From an uncultured Planctomycetales bacterium (GTDB lineage: Bacteria; 4484-113), in contig CAZKNJ010000009.1 of NCBI GenBank assembly GCA_964554185.1, positions 5 to 64,004 of the forward strand: a stretch of 64,000 nucleotides of DNA. The letters run 5' to 3'. Positions within the stretch are counted from its first letter, which is position 1. The number at the start of each line of letters is the position of its first letter. This document shows, piece after piece, positions 28,901-37,192 of the stretch. The translations under genes were made by a program, and so were the position numbers. The notes beneath the pieces are model-generated. The model was given only the letters and a program-made list of their open reading frames with translations, was not told where the DNA came from and made no database searches.

Positions 28901-29512
28901 GACGCGCAGGCCATGTTTGCGCGCCATCCGCAGGTTAAACTCAATCGCGCGCTTTTCATCGGGCAGGTTGTGGTCCTGCAGCTCGAGGAAGAACCTCTCC
29001 GGCCCAAACAACTCTGTGTAGCGGATGATTTCACGCTCCGCCGATTCCTCGCCCTCATAGCGCAGCGGCGCGTTCACCACGCCGGAGAGGCAGGAGGACA
29101 TCGCAATCAAGCCCTCGTGCTGCGCCGCCAGCAGCTCGAAGTCAATCCGCGGACGGTAGTAGTGGCCTTCGGTGCCGGCGTGGGTGACGAGCTTCAGCAG
29201 GTTGCGGTAGCCGGCGAGGTTCTCGCAGAGCAGCACGAGGTGGCGGTTGTAGCGGTCTTCCTCGCCGTCGCGGTCGGTGCTCTTCCGCAGCGCCATGTAC
29301 ATCTCGCAGCCGATGATGGGCTTCAGTCCGGTCGCAACCATCCGGGCGTAGAAGTCCACCGCCCCGTAGAGGTTGCCGTGGTCGGTGATGGCGAAGGCCT
29401 CCATGCCGGTGGACTTAAGGCGCGAGACAATGTCGTCGAATTTGGAGATGCCGTCCAGCAGCGAGTACTCGGTGTGGTTGTGGAGGTGGACAAACTGAGC
29501 GACGGTAGCCAT
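25982..29512 (-). CDS. dnaE: DNA polymerase III alpha subunit
   Basis: PHP domain HLHNHTEYSLLDG. Polymerase core and OB-fold layout. 1176 aa. Confidence 0.95.
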   Translation of the reverse strand: MATVAQFVHLHNHTEYSLLDGISKFDDIVSRLKSTGMEAFAITDHGNLYGAVDFYARMVATGLKPIIGCEMYMALRKSTDRDGEEDRYNRHLVLLCENLAGYRNLLKLVTHAGTEGHYYRPRIDFELLAAQHEGLIAMSSCLSGVVNAPLRYEGEESAEREIIRYTELFGPERFFLELQDHNLPDEKRAIEFNLRMARKHGLRVVATNDSHYVNPEDAEAHDIALCLQTSAKFDDPNRMRFTGTNYYIKTPKEMAALFAEAPHALNTTLDIAERCQVDITDTQVHFPTFDIPPERQEKTLGDYLRALAYAGAKDIYDDPLPPEVEARLEEELSVIISTGFSALFLLVWDLMSFARKSGIPVGPGRGSAAGSLVSYCLRITKLDPLKYGLFFERFLNKERVELPDFDLDFCYERREEMIDYVKSRYGEGCVAQIITFSTLKARAAVKAVGRVKDFEFAYVNRITKLIAGLKTTIQEAIEQNPELAQFLEKDAAARELVELSQKLEGLASHMSVHAAGVVVADRPLVEYVPLRAVKDTDMLVTQFEMGGLTRVGLLKLDFLGLKTLTTIDKCVRYVREVEGIELDIDRISLDDEAVYEEIFGRGNCFGVFQFEAPHIVRVLKETRPKTIEDLTALNALNRPGPMQANMIPQYIANRKDPDKAPLLLPELETVFSSTGGVLLYQEQVMQIARLLAGYNLGEADTLRKAMGKKILSLMSQQKTDFTERAVARGTDKRKAVEIWDMMAKFAGYGFNKAHAACYALLAYQTAFLKHYYPHHFLAALMNTYIQDSSKLTAALDQCQRLGIEVVPPSVNLSEFDFVSDARGRIIFGLGGIKHVGRVAVDELVSVRQAGGPYTSVEEFLERVDGQKVNKTALEFMVRAGAFEEFGLDRGELLRDLDSYLSRRVHHNQIAMFDAASAPSPSSSQATSAEDIARMEKESIGAYLTHNPYENSRVLADSAVTQLSALFQRLAERGIYMSDAKVRIGGVLDGVKVLVSRRKQQYALARLCSLEHTLNLVIGPSVYQKVASILLDGNEVVVQGSLGFDEATEESFDDLSDAAKLYVAEIALYRPQAGKHVQPSDDVTPAEAKPCPGRVLLKLRRPFAPQELQQLKELLVQSPGECPVYLLIPAADGTARKVALSREIGVAPDIIRNIAPGLPLEAEFVAQTKPSRPARQS

Positions 29513-29523
29513 CGGGTTGAAAC

Positions 29524-30732
29524 CTACTTGCCGGCAAGATAGTCCAGCGCGACCTGCTTGAGCAGCTCCACGCCGGTGGGCAACACATCCTCGTCAATGC
29601 GGAATTTCGGATGGTGGTGGGGATAGGTGATGCCTTTCTTCTCATTGCGGGCGCCGAGATAGGCGAATACTATCGGCGCAACTTCGCCATAACGCGAAAA
29701 GTCTTCGCCGCCCATCGAGGGTTCGGCGTCAACTACATGCCGCTTGCCTACGATTCCACGCGCCAACTCGCGCACGCGCCCGGCATGCTTGGCGTCATTC
29801 ACCGTGGCATTGAGCATACGCCGGTAGTCCACTTCCGCCTTGCAGCCGAGCGCCTTGGCGGTGTCGGCGGTGCACTTCTTCAGCCGACGTTCAATCAGCT
29901 TCCTAACGTCCGGGTGGAAAGTGCGCACCGTGCCTTTCATCACGACTTTCGGCGGAATGATGTTGAACGCGGTGCCTCCCTGGATGGAGGCGATGGTGAG
30001 CACCGCCGGCAGCAGCGGGTTGACGTTGCGCGAGACGATAGTGTGGAGGTTGAGGACGATGGAGCTGGCGGCCACCACCGGGTCAACGCTGCCGTGGGGA
30101 TAAGCTGCATGGCCGCCGACGCCTTCCACCGTGATGATGAACTCGTCAACCGCCGCCATGCACGGCCCCGCAAGCACGGCAATCTTGGGCGCGTCCAGAG
30201 GCACCCAGGCGTGCAGCGCAAAGGCGAAATCCACCTTCGGGTCTTTCATCACGCCAGCCTTGACCATAGCGCCGCCGCCGTCCGCGCCCTCTTCACCGGG
30301 CTGGAAGCAGAACTTCACCCGCCCGCGGGGCAGCCCCAGTTGGGTAAGCACTTTGGCGGCGATGAGCAGCATCGCCACATGCGAGTCGTGACCGCAGGCG
30401 TGCATCACGCCGGGGGTCTTGCTCACGTATGTGTGGGTGTTTTCCTCGGTGATCGGCAGCGCATCCATGTCTGCGCGCAGCATGATGGTAGGCCCGGGCT
30501 TGCCCGAGTCCAGCAAAGCAACTACGCCCGTTCCCGCCAGACGCTTAGTGGGGAGCCTGAGCTGCTTCAAGTAGGATTCCACGAAGGCAGAGGTCTTGCG
30601 CTCCTGGAAAGCGACTTCCGGGTTCTGGTGTATGTGCCGCCGCAGCGCAATGAGCTCGCCGGTGAGAGCCTTGACTTCGGCTGAAACGGCAGGTTCGTGG
30701 CGGGCGGCGGTTTTGGCAGGGTCCATTGGCAA
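29524..30732 (-). CDS. M20D-family amidohydrolase (N-acyl-amino-acid amidohydrolase/hippurate hydrolase-like)
   Basis: HACGHDSH and GEEG..GG metal-binding motifs. Its stop is 11 nt upstream of the dnaE start. Confidence 0.8.
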   Translation of the reverse strand: MPMDPAKTAARHEPAVSAEVKALTGELIALRRHIHQNPEVAFQERKTSAFVESYLKQLRLPTKRLAGTGVVALLDSGKPGPTIMLRADMDALPITEENTHTYVSKTPGVMHACGHDSHVAMLLIAAKVLTQLGLPRGRVKFCFQPGEEGADGGGAMVKAGVMKDPKVDFAFALHAWVPLDAPKIAVLAGPCMAAVDEFIITVEGVGGHAAYPHGSVDPVVAASSIVLNLHTIVSRNVNPLLPAVLTIASIQGGTAFNIIPPKVVMKGTVRTFHPDVRKLIERRLKKCTADTAKALGCKAEVDYRRMLNATVNDAKHAGRVRELARGIVGKRHVVDAEPSMGGEDFSRYGEVAPIVFAYLGARNEKKGITYPHHHPKFRIDEDVLPTGVELLKQVALDYLAGK

Positions 30733-30834
30733 CTCCTCGCGGGATTCCCGGCAATCATACCACGGGATTCGGCGCGGCTGGGATGTGGCCAGCGGGGTTT
30801 GGGCGGCCAGCCGATAATCTGATGCTGGCGAAGG

Positions 30835-30840
30835 TATAAT
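30835..30840 (+). promoter_or_regulatory. -10 hexamer TATAAT 8 nt upstream of the def GTG start; leaderless
   Basis: gaaggTATAATctactgccGTG. Confidence 0.4.
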
Positions 30841-30848
30841 CTACTGCC

Positions 30849-31328
30849 GTGACGCGCAAAATCAGAGAATACCCGGACGAAGTCCTGACTAAGCCGGCGA
30901 GGAAAGTCGGCCGCAAGGACGTGGAAGACGTGCGCCAGCTGGTTGAGGACATGGTGGATACCATGGATGAGTTCGGCGGCGTGGGGCTGGCGGCCAACCA
31001 GGTCGGCGAGACTCTGCGGGTGATATTGGTGCGCGATCTGGAACACGACGAGACCCACTACTACATCAACCCTACCATCACCGGCGGCCAGGGCGAGGAG
31101 CTGGACGAGGAAGGCTGCCTGTCCTTCCCCGAGCTGGTGGGGCTGATACCGCGCTACGAGAAAGTGACGGTGAAGTTCCAGGATCTGGAGCTGAACACCT
31201 ACAAGCTGGAGCTGGAGGGGCTGGACGCCCGCATAGTGCAGCACGAAGTTGACCACCTCAACGGCGTCACCATCCGCGACCGCAGCACCGTGGAGCTTTA
31301 CCGCAAGAAAGCCGACGACGAGGACTGA
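30849..31328 (+). CDS. def: peptide deformylase
   Basis: GVGLAANQVG, EGCLSFP and QHEVDHLNG motifs. Confidence 0.9.
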   Translation: MTRKIREYPDEVLTKPARKVGRKDVEDVRQLVEDMVDTMDEFGGVGLAANQVGETLRVILVRDLEHDETHYYINPTITGGQGEELDEEGCLSFPELVGLIPRYEKVTVKFQDLELNTYKLELEGLDARIVQHEVDHLNGVTIRDRSTVELYRKKADDED

Positions 31329-31354
31329 GCCGCGCCGGATGGCGCAAGGGCCTG

Positions 31355-31363
31355 TGATAAACT
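31355..31363 (+). promoter_or_regulatory. extended -10-like element TGaTAAACT 6 nt upstream of the ruvB ATG; leaderless
   Basis: cctgTGaTAAACTtacggcATG. Confidence 0.35.
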
Positions 31364-31369
31364 TACGGC

Positions 31370-32443
31370 ATGGCGCGCGGCGGGAGCTCCACACCTGAAT
31401 CCCCGGATGAACGGCTGGTCTCGGCCGAGGCCGTGGAGTTTTCCGCGTTCACCAAGAAGCGGCCGGAGTCGTTTGAGCAGTTCGTGGGCCAGCCGCAGAC
31501 GGTGAGCAACCTCCAGGTGATGCTGCAGGCCGCCTGCAAGCGCGGCGCGGCGCTTGAGCACGTGCTGTTCGCCGGCCCGCCGGGGCTGGGCAAGACCACG
31601 CTGGCGCACATCATCGCCCACGAGATGGGCGTGGGGCTCACTTCCACCACCGGGCCGCTGCTGGAGCGGCCGGGCGACCTGCTCGCGATACTCACGGCGC
31701 TGGGCGAGCGGCAGGTGCTGTTCATTGACGAGATTCACCGGCTGAACCGCGCGGTGGAGGAGACGCTCTACTCGGCGATGGAGCAGTTCAAGGTGGACGT
31801 CATCATCGGCAAGGGACCGGGGGCGCGCACGATACCGCTGAACCTGAGCCCGTTCACCCTGGTGGGCGCGACCACCCGCAGCGGGCTGCTCACCGCGCCC
31901 TTGCGCGACCGCTTCGGCGCGCTGTTCCACCTGAGCTTCTACGCGCCGGAGGAGCTGGCCGAGATCATCCGCCGCAAGGCCCGGGAGCACGGCATCGGCA
32001 TCGCCGAAGACAGCCTGCAGTCCATCGCCGCCAAGTCGCGCGGGACGCCGCGCATCGCGCTGCGCCTGTTCAAGCGCGTGTGGGATTTCGCCGTGGTCGC
32101 GAGCGAAGAGGTTATCAGCAAGCAGCTGGCGGAGGAGTCGCTGGCGCGGCTGGGCATCGGCGACGAGGGGCTGGACGAGATGGACCGCCGCATCCTGAAG
32201 CTCATCCTGAAGAACTTCGATGGTGGGCCGGTGGGCATCAGCACGATTGCGGCAGTGCTCAATGAAGAGCGCGACACGATTGAGGATGTGTATGAGCCAT
32301 TCCTGATGAAGGCGGGATTCCTGGAGAAGACGCCGCGCGGGCGCTGCGCCACGCAGAAGACTTACGAGTACTTCAAGCTACCTTATGCGCCAAGGGAGAT
32401 GCCGCATGGGCCCGAGGCGCCGCTGTTCGGCGAGGAGCAGTGA
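31370..32443 (+). CDS. ruvB: Holliday junction branch-migration ATPase RuvB
   Basis: Walker A GPPGLGKTTLA. Walker B LFIDEIHRL. RuvB winged-helix tail. Confidence 0.95.
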   Translation: MARGGSSTPESPDERLVSAEAVEFSAFTKKRPESFEQFVGQPQTVSNLQVMLQAACKRGAALEHVLFAGPPGLGKTTLAHIIAHEMGVGLTSTTGPLLERPGDLLAILTALGERQVLFIDEIHRLNRAVEETLYSAMEQFKVDVIIGKGPGARTIPLNLSPFTLVGATTRSGLLTAPLRDRFGALFHLSFYAPEELAEIIRRKAREHGIGIAEDSLQSIAAKSRGTPRIALRLFKRVWDFAVVASEEVISKQLAEESLARLGIGDEGLDEMDRRILKLILKNFDGGPVGISTIAAVLNEERDTIEDVYEPFLMKAGFLEKTPRGRCATQKTYEYFKLPYAPREMPHGPEAPLFGEEQ

Positions 32444-32449
32444 GCGCGG

Positions 32450-33049
32450 TCACTCATGCTTCTCGCCACGCTTGATGGCTTCCCAGTTCGTGAGCACATC
32501 CTCGGCTGATTCCACTTCCACCTCGCCGAACACGTGTGGGTGGCGGCGGATGAGCTTCTCGGTGATGCCGTCCACTATATCGTCCAAGCTGAAGTAGCCG
32601 ATAGCCTCAGCCAGCGCTCCGAGCAGAACCGGCTGAAGAAGCAGGTCGCCGAGTTCCAAACGTAATTCCTCCAGGGCAGCCGCGCGCGCGTTTTCCAGCT
32701 CTGGCGGTAAGTCGCCCGTCCCCAGGGGCGCGCCAGAAGCGGAAGCCTCCTGGCTGAAATCTTCGCGCGCGGGATGGTGGGCGTGAGCCCTGCCCTTCTT
32801 CTCGTGTTGAGTGGAAAAGCCCTCCGGCGGCTGCGGATTTGAGGTGGGCAGGCCGCGGTGCGCCCGGATGCGCTCTTCCACCGCCAGCAGGCGGTCAATG
32901 GCGGCCACCACCTCGCCAGCTTCCTCCTCCACGTACTGCCGCAGCGAGGCCGGCGTCTGCTCCCGATCCCAGGGGCAGCCGCCGGGCGCCAACAGCCGGC
33001 GAACCACTGCCACGAACTCCGCGTAGCGCTCTTGCGCAGGGGCATCCAT
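32450..33049 (-). CDS. mazG: MazG-family nucleoside triphosphate pyrophosphohydrolase with internal low-complexity insertion
   Basis: GCPWDREQT and EExGE motifs. C-terminal RRHPHVFG. About 70-aa His/Pro/Gly-rich insert between the two conserved helices. Confidence 0.75.
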   Translation of the reverse strand: MDAPAQERYAEFVAVVRRLLAPGGCPWDREQTPASLRQYVEEEAGEVVAAIDRLLAVEERIRAHRGLPTSNPQPPEGFSTQHEKKGRAHAHHPAREDFSQEASASGAPLGTGDLPPELENARAAALEELRLELGDLLLQPVLLGALAEAIGYFSLDDIVDGITEKLIRRHPHVFGEVEVESAEDVLTNWEAIKRGEKHE

Positions 33050-33127
33050 ACGGCGCGGATTGTAGCACGGCGGGCTGGCGGTGGTATAATACGTGTTCGC
33101 GTTTTGAGAGCCTATAACTCACAACTT

Positions 33128-33952
33128 GGGCTGCTGCTGCCCCGCTTCCGGCTGGACTGGATTGGGGTTAACCTGGAGGATTTCCTCCGGAGGGTGCTGC
33201 TCGCCGCCAAGTCGGCGCATCCGGAGAACTTCAGCTATGAGCTGTATCCGGTGGCCAAGGCGGGCGTGGGCGCCGGGATGGCCTCCACCAGCAATTCAGA
33301 TCTGGCGCAGCTCTACGAGCACAATCTATCGCGCTACCACATCCTTCCGCAGGAGCGGCAGCTGATAGCGCTATACCGCAAGCTCAACCGCGACGCGCAG
33401 CTTCCCAGCTACCCGCGCGCATGGGAGAAAGTGAGCTTCCACGAGCGTTACTTGCAGGCTGGGGACTTTCCGGTGCTGAATACGTGTTTTGACGCGTTGA
33501 TGTGGTTCTTCGTCCGGCACACAACGCGCTCTATCACCGCCACCGACGGGCTGGAGCTGGTGCGGACATTCTTCATGGAGCCGGCGGTGCTCACTGCAAC
33601 AGACCGGGTGCAGGCTGCCCTGGAACGCCTGGAGCCACTTATACGGCCGGGATTCGCCGTGTTTGACCACTGGGCGGAGCTGGCGCAGAGCGCCTTCCAG
33701 CCGGGGACGCGCTTCATCATCACCGGCAGCGATGAGGCGCCGATTGAGGGGCCGAACACCGTCATCGCATCGTTCCAAGACAATCCGCTGCGCCTGGAGC
33801 TGAGAAGCTACCTGCTGGAGACGGAGCTAGCGCAGGTTGCGCCGTTCCGCGAGCGCAAGGCAGAGCTGGCGGGCAGGATGGCCGCGCTGTCCGAAGCCAG
33901 GCTCGGGGCGTTCACCGAAACTGACAACCAAGGAGCGGAGGACGCGGCGTAG
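33128..33952 (+). CDS. hypothetical protein (about 274 aa; start uncertain)
   Basis: ORF is open from 32858 but overlaps mazG on the opposite strand. First plausible start after mazG is TTG at 33128. No recognisable motif. Confidence 0.35.
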   Translation, partial: GLLLPRFRLDWIGVNLEDFLRRVLLAAKSAHPENFSYELYPVAKAGVGAGMASTSNSDLAQLYEHNLSRYHILPQERQLIALYRKLNRDAQLPSYPRAWEKVSFHERYLQAGDFPVLNTCFDALMWFFVRHTTRSITATDGLELVRTFFMEPAVLTATDRVQAALERLEPLIRPGFAVFDHWAELAQSAFQPGTRFIITGSDEAPIEGPNTVIASFQDNPLRLELRSYLLETELAQVAPFRERKAELAGRMAALSEARLGAFTETDNQGAEDAA

Positions 33953-33957
33953 GGCTT

Positions 33958-34563
33958 ATGCTCAACGGCATCATAATTTCCGGCTGTTCCGGAGTGGGCA
34001 AGAGCACGGTAATCCGCCGGCTGCTGGAGCTTCATCTCGACTACACTTTCTCCATTAGCTGCACCACGCGCAAACCGCGAAAAGGTGAGATTGATGGGGT
34101 GCACTACCATTTCATTGACCACGCCGAGTTCGAGCGGCGGATTGAGGATGGGTACTTCCTGGAGTGGGAGAAGGTGTACACCGACTACTACGGGACACCG
34201 AAGACTGTAATTGATGAGGCCGAGCGGTTCCCCAAGGTGGTCATCTTTGAGCTGGACACCCGGGGCGCGCTGGTGCTGAAGCAGAAATACCCCCAGTTCA
34301 CGGCAGTGGCCCTGCTGCCTCCTAGCATTGAGGACCTGGCCAAGCGGCTGAGCATGCGCGGGTCGGAGGACGAAAAATCACTGGCGGAACGGCAGCTTTA
34401 CACCAAAGAGGAGCTTCACCGGCTGCAGAAGTCGGATTACGCGATAATCAACCGCAGTATTGATGATACGGTAGGGGCGCTTGAGACCATTATTCTGAGC
34501 CTCAACCACCGCACGAGGTTTGCGGAAGGGCATATAGAGGGGCTGCTAAAGGCCCTCAAGTAG
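33958..34563 (+). CDS. gmk: guanylate kinase
   Basis: P-loop GCSGVGKST. SCTTR motif. GxxYxF motif. Confidence 0.9.
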   Translation: MLNGIIISGCSGVGKSTVIRRLLELHLDYTFSISCTTRKPRKGEIDGVHYHFIDHAEFERRIEDGYFLEWEKVYTDYYGTPKTVIDEAERFPKVVIFELDTRGALVLKQKYPQFTAVALLPPSIEDLAKRLSMRGSEDEKSLAERQLYTKEELHRLQKSDYAIINRSIDDTVGALETIILSLNHRTRFAEGHIEGLLKALK

Positions 34564-34571
34564 GAGGAGAC

Positions 34572-35006
34572 GTGGACGAACGCAAAGAACGCGGAACCAA
34601 GGACACACTGATGTACCCGCTGCTGGAGGATCTGCTCAAGCAGCTGCCCAGCAAATATGAATTGGTGACCCTTGCGTCCCTCAGGGCCAAGCAGGTCATC
34701 GGCAAACTACGCATCGGCCCGACCTTTGAAGGCGAAGTGGACGACGACGTGAAGGCGCTGGCGGGCGGCCTCAAGCCGCTGTCGTTGGCGCTAAGGGAAA
34801 TCGCCAGCGGCAAGCTTGACCGCGAGAAAATGTACCTGTTGGAGTACCTGGAGAGCTTCCGCAAGGGTGACGAAACAGCTTCGATCTCCGCGCCGCCGGA
34901 GAGTGAATTCGTCTTTGTGGCGCCGGAGGAAAACCCCGCCCTGCCGGAAGGCGACGAGACCGAAGTGACGGACGAAACCGACCTAGATGAAGAAACCGAC
35001 GAATAG
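34572..35006 (+). CDS. rpoZ: DNA-directed RNA polymerase omega subunit with acidic C-terminal tail
   Basis: YELVTLASLRAKQV core. AGGAGG RBS before the GTG start. Position between gmk and coaBC matches Firmicutes. Confidence 0.7.
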   Translation: MDERKERGTKDTLMYPLLEDLLKQLPSKYELVTLASLRAKQVIGKLRIGPTFEGEVDDDVKALAGGLKPLSLALREIASGKLDREKMYLLEYLESFRKGDETASISAPPESEFVFVAPEENPALPEGDETEVTDETDLDEETDE

Positions 35007-36237
35007 CAGCGACCGGGCGGTGCTAGTCGGCGTTTCCGGCGGCATCGCCGCCTACAAGATGTGCGATGTCATCCGGCGGCTGGCCGACCGCGGCATCAAG
35101 TGCCGCGTGGTGATGACACCCAACGCAACCAGGTTCATCACCCCACTCACTCTCGCCGCCCTGGCCGGCACGCAAGTGCTGGTGGACGAGTTCCCGCCGG
35201 AGGCGGGTGCGGTTTGCAGCAGCTTCGACCCTCTGGCGCACATCTCGCTTTCCGAGGAGTGTGAAGTGCTCCTGATCGCCCCGGCTACAGCGAACACCAT
35301 CGCCAAGCTCGCCAACGGCATCGCCGACAACCTGCTCACTTCGGCGGCGCTCGCCTGGGAGGGGCCCGTGCTGATCGCCCCCGCAATGAACACGCGGATG
35401 TACGCCCATTCGGCGACGCAGGAGAACCTGCGGCGACTGAAGGAGCGCGGCATTTACGAGATTGAACCGGACGAGGGCTGGCTCGCCTGCGGTGAAACCG
35501 GCCGCGGCCGTTTGGCCACCCCCGAGCGCATTGTCACCGAAGTCGTGCGCGCGCTGGCCGACGAGGACGGGCCGCTGACCGGCAAGCGCATTGTCGTCAC
35601 CGCCGGGGGCACCCGCGAGTACCTTGACCCCATCAGGTTTGTCTCCAACGCTTCCACCGGCACGCTGGCGCTGATGTGCGCCTACCAACTAGCGCTGCAC
35701 GGCGCTATGATTGAGCTCATCGCCGGCCCCGGCACCAGACAAGACCTGCTGGTGGAGCTGCCGGCGCAAGTTATCGCTGTAACAACCTCAGAAGATATGC
35801 GCCGGGCGGTGGTGGACCGCACTGCCGGCTGCGACGCGCTGCTGATGCTGGCGGCGGTCGCAGATTTCGCGCCGGAGCCGGTGGGTCACAAGATCAAGAA
35901 AGAGGAGTTCGCCGAGCTTACGCTCAAGCTCAAGCGGACCACGGACATACTGGCGGAGCTGGCGGATAACCGCACCTTCGTTAAGGTGGGTGCCTCGGTG
36001 GAAACCGAGCAGGCCCAGGAGCGCGCGCAGGCGAAGCTCGCTGCCAAGAAGCTGGACGCCATCGTCGCGGTGGATTACAGCGCGGAGCGTCCGCCTTTTG
36101 GCGACGGCACGATCAAAGCCGGCGTGTTTACTGGCAGTGGAGTGGAGCTGGAGACCGCCGAAAGAGAGAAACTTGAACTCGCGGAGCGGATTACCCATCT
36201 CATCATTAAGCTCATAACCGAAAAGGAGAAACCATGA
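34987..36237 (+). CDS. coaBC: bifunctional phosphopantothenoylcysteine decarboxylase / phosphopantothenate-cysteine ligase
   Basis: N-terminal flavoprotein fold VLVGVSGGIAAYK. C-terminal CoaB domain. Confidence 0.9.
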   Translation: MKKPTNSSDRAVLVGVSGGIAAYKMCDVIRRLADRGIKCRVVMTPNATRFITPLTLAALAGTQVLVDEFPPEAGAVCSSFDPLAHISLSEECEVLLIAPATANTIAKLANGIADNLLTSAALAWEGPVLIAPAMNTRMYAHSATQENLRRLKERGIYEIEPDEGWLACGETGRGRLATPERIVTEVVRALADEDGPLTGKRIVVTAGGTREYLDPIRFVSNASTGTLALMCAYQLALHGAMIELIAGPGTRQDLLVELPAQVIAVTTSEDMRRAVVDRTAGCDALLMLAAVADFAPEPVGHKIKKEEFAELTLKLKRTTDILAELADNRTFVKVGASVETEQAQERAQAKLAAKKLDAIVAVDYSAERPPFGDGTIKAGVFTGSGVELETAEREKLELAERITHLIIKLITEKEKP

Positions 36238-37157
36238 GTTCCCGTAACCTGAGAATCACCTTTGCCATAGGACTGCTGGCGGCAGTGCTCGCGGCCGTGC
36301 CCGCCTCGGCAGCGGGAAACACGCCGCTGGCCGAACACAATGGCGTGAAATATGTGCTGGACGATTTCCACATCTTCTTCATGCGCCAGCTCGGCGCGCG
36401 CGGCCTGGTGACCTTCCTGGAACAGGCGATTGTCTATGAGGAAGCCACGAAGGTCGGCCTGACCCCGACCGACGCGGAACGCAGCAAGTTTATCCAGGAG
36501 AACATGTCTCAGGAGATCTACGACGGCTTCAAACAGCTTTACCCCCAGGATGTGCTGAGCCGCTTTGTGGATTACACCATAATGAACCGCAAGTTCCAAG
36601 ACTACCTTGAAGCCAAGTTCATCAAGGAAAAGAACATTGTCGTCACCGACGATGACGCCAACAAGTACTACTTGCAGAACATCAAGGTATTCCAACCGCC
36701 GGAACGAGTGTGGATGTCCATCATCTCGGTGGAGACGCTGGAGACGGCGAAGGAGGTGCTTGCGAAACTGGACAAGGGCGAGAACTTCAACGAGCTCGCC
36801 AGCGTGTATAACTCCGATCCGGAACTAAGAGCGCGCGCGGGCTATGTGGGCGTGATGGAACGAGGCGCAGGGCTGCCGGCTCCGATTGAGGAGGCGGCGT
36901 TCGCGCTCAGCCCCGACAAGTACTCGCAGGTAATAAAAGGCACGCTCTTCCATGTGCTCTATGTTCACGACAAACGGCCGGCGGAGCTTCACGAGTTTGC
37001 CGAGGTGAAGGACGAAATCAAGGCCACGCTCAGGGATATGCTGGTGCAGAACTACATCGACGAGTACTTAAACGAGCTGTACACGCGGGAGCTGCCGAAG
37101 TTCGATATCAGGGCCAACCTGTTTAACGTGGGCGAAGGCGAAACGCCCACCGGCTAG
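36234..37157 (+). CDS. secreted parvulin-type (PpiC) peptidyl-prolyl isomerase, PrsA/SurA-like
   Basis: Signal peptide AAVLAAVPASAAG. PpiC domain region ...VWMSIISVETLETAKEV...GYVGVM.... Confidence 0.75.
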   Translation: MSSRNLRITFAIGLLAAVLAAVPASAAGNTPLAEHNGVKYVLDDFHIFFMRQLGARGLVTFLEQAIVYEEATKVGLTPTDAERSKFIQENMSQEIYDGFKQLYPQDVLSRFVDYTIMNRKFQDYLEAKFIKEKNIVVTDDDANKYYLQNIKVFQPPERVWMSIISVETLETAKEVLAKLDKGENFNELASVYNSDPELRARAGYVGVMERGAGLPAPIEEAAFALSPDKYSQVIKGTLFHVLYVHDKRPAELHEFAEVKDEIKATLRDMLVQNYIDEYLNELYTRELPKFDIRANLFNVGEGETPTG

Positions 37158-37192
37158 ACAATACTCATATCAACTAACCTTGGGGTGGGACG

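Noticed and set aside
32858-33127. ORF-finder start of the hypothetical gene at 32858.
   Set aside because: This start overlaps mazG by about 190 nt on the opposite strand. The start was trimmed to the first plausible codon after mazG (TTG 33128).
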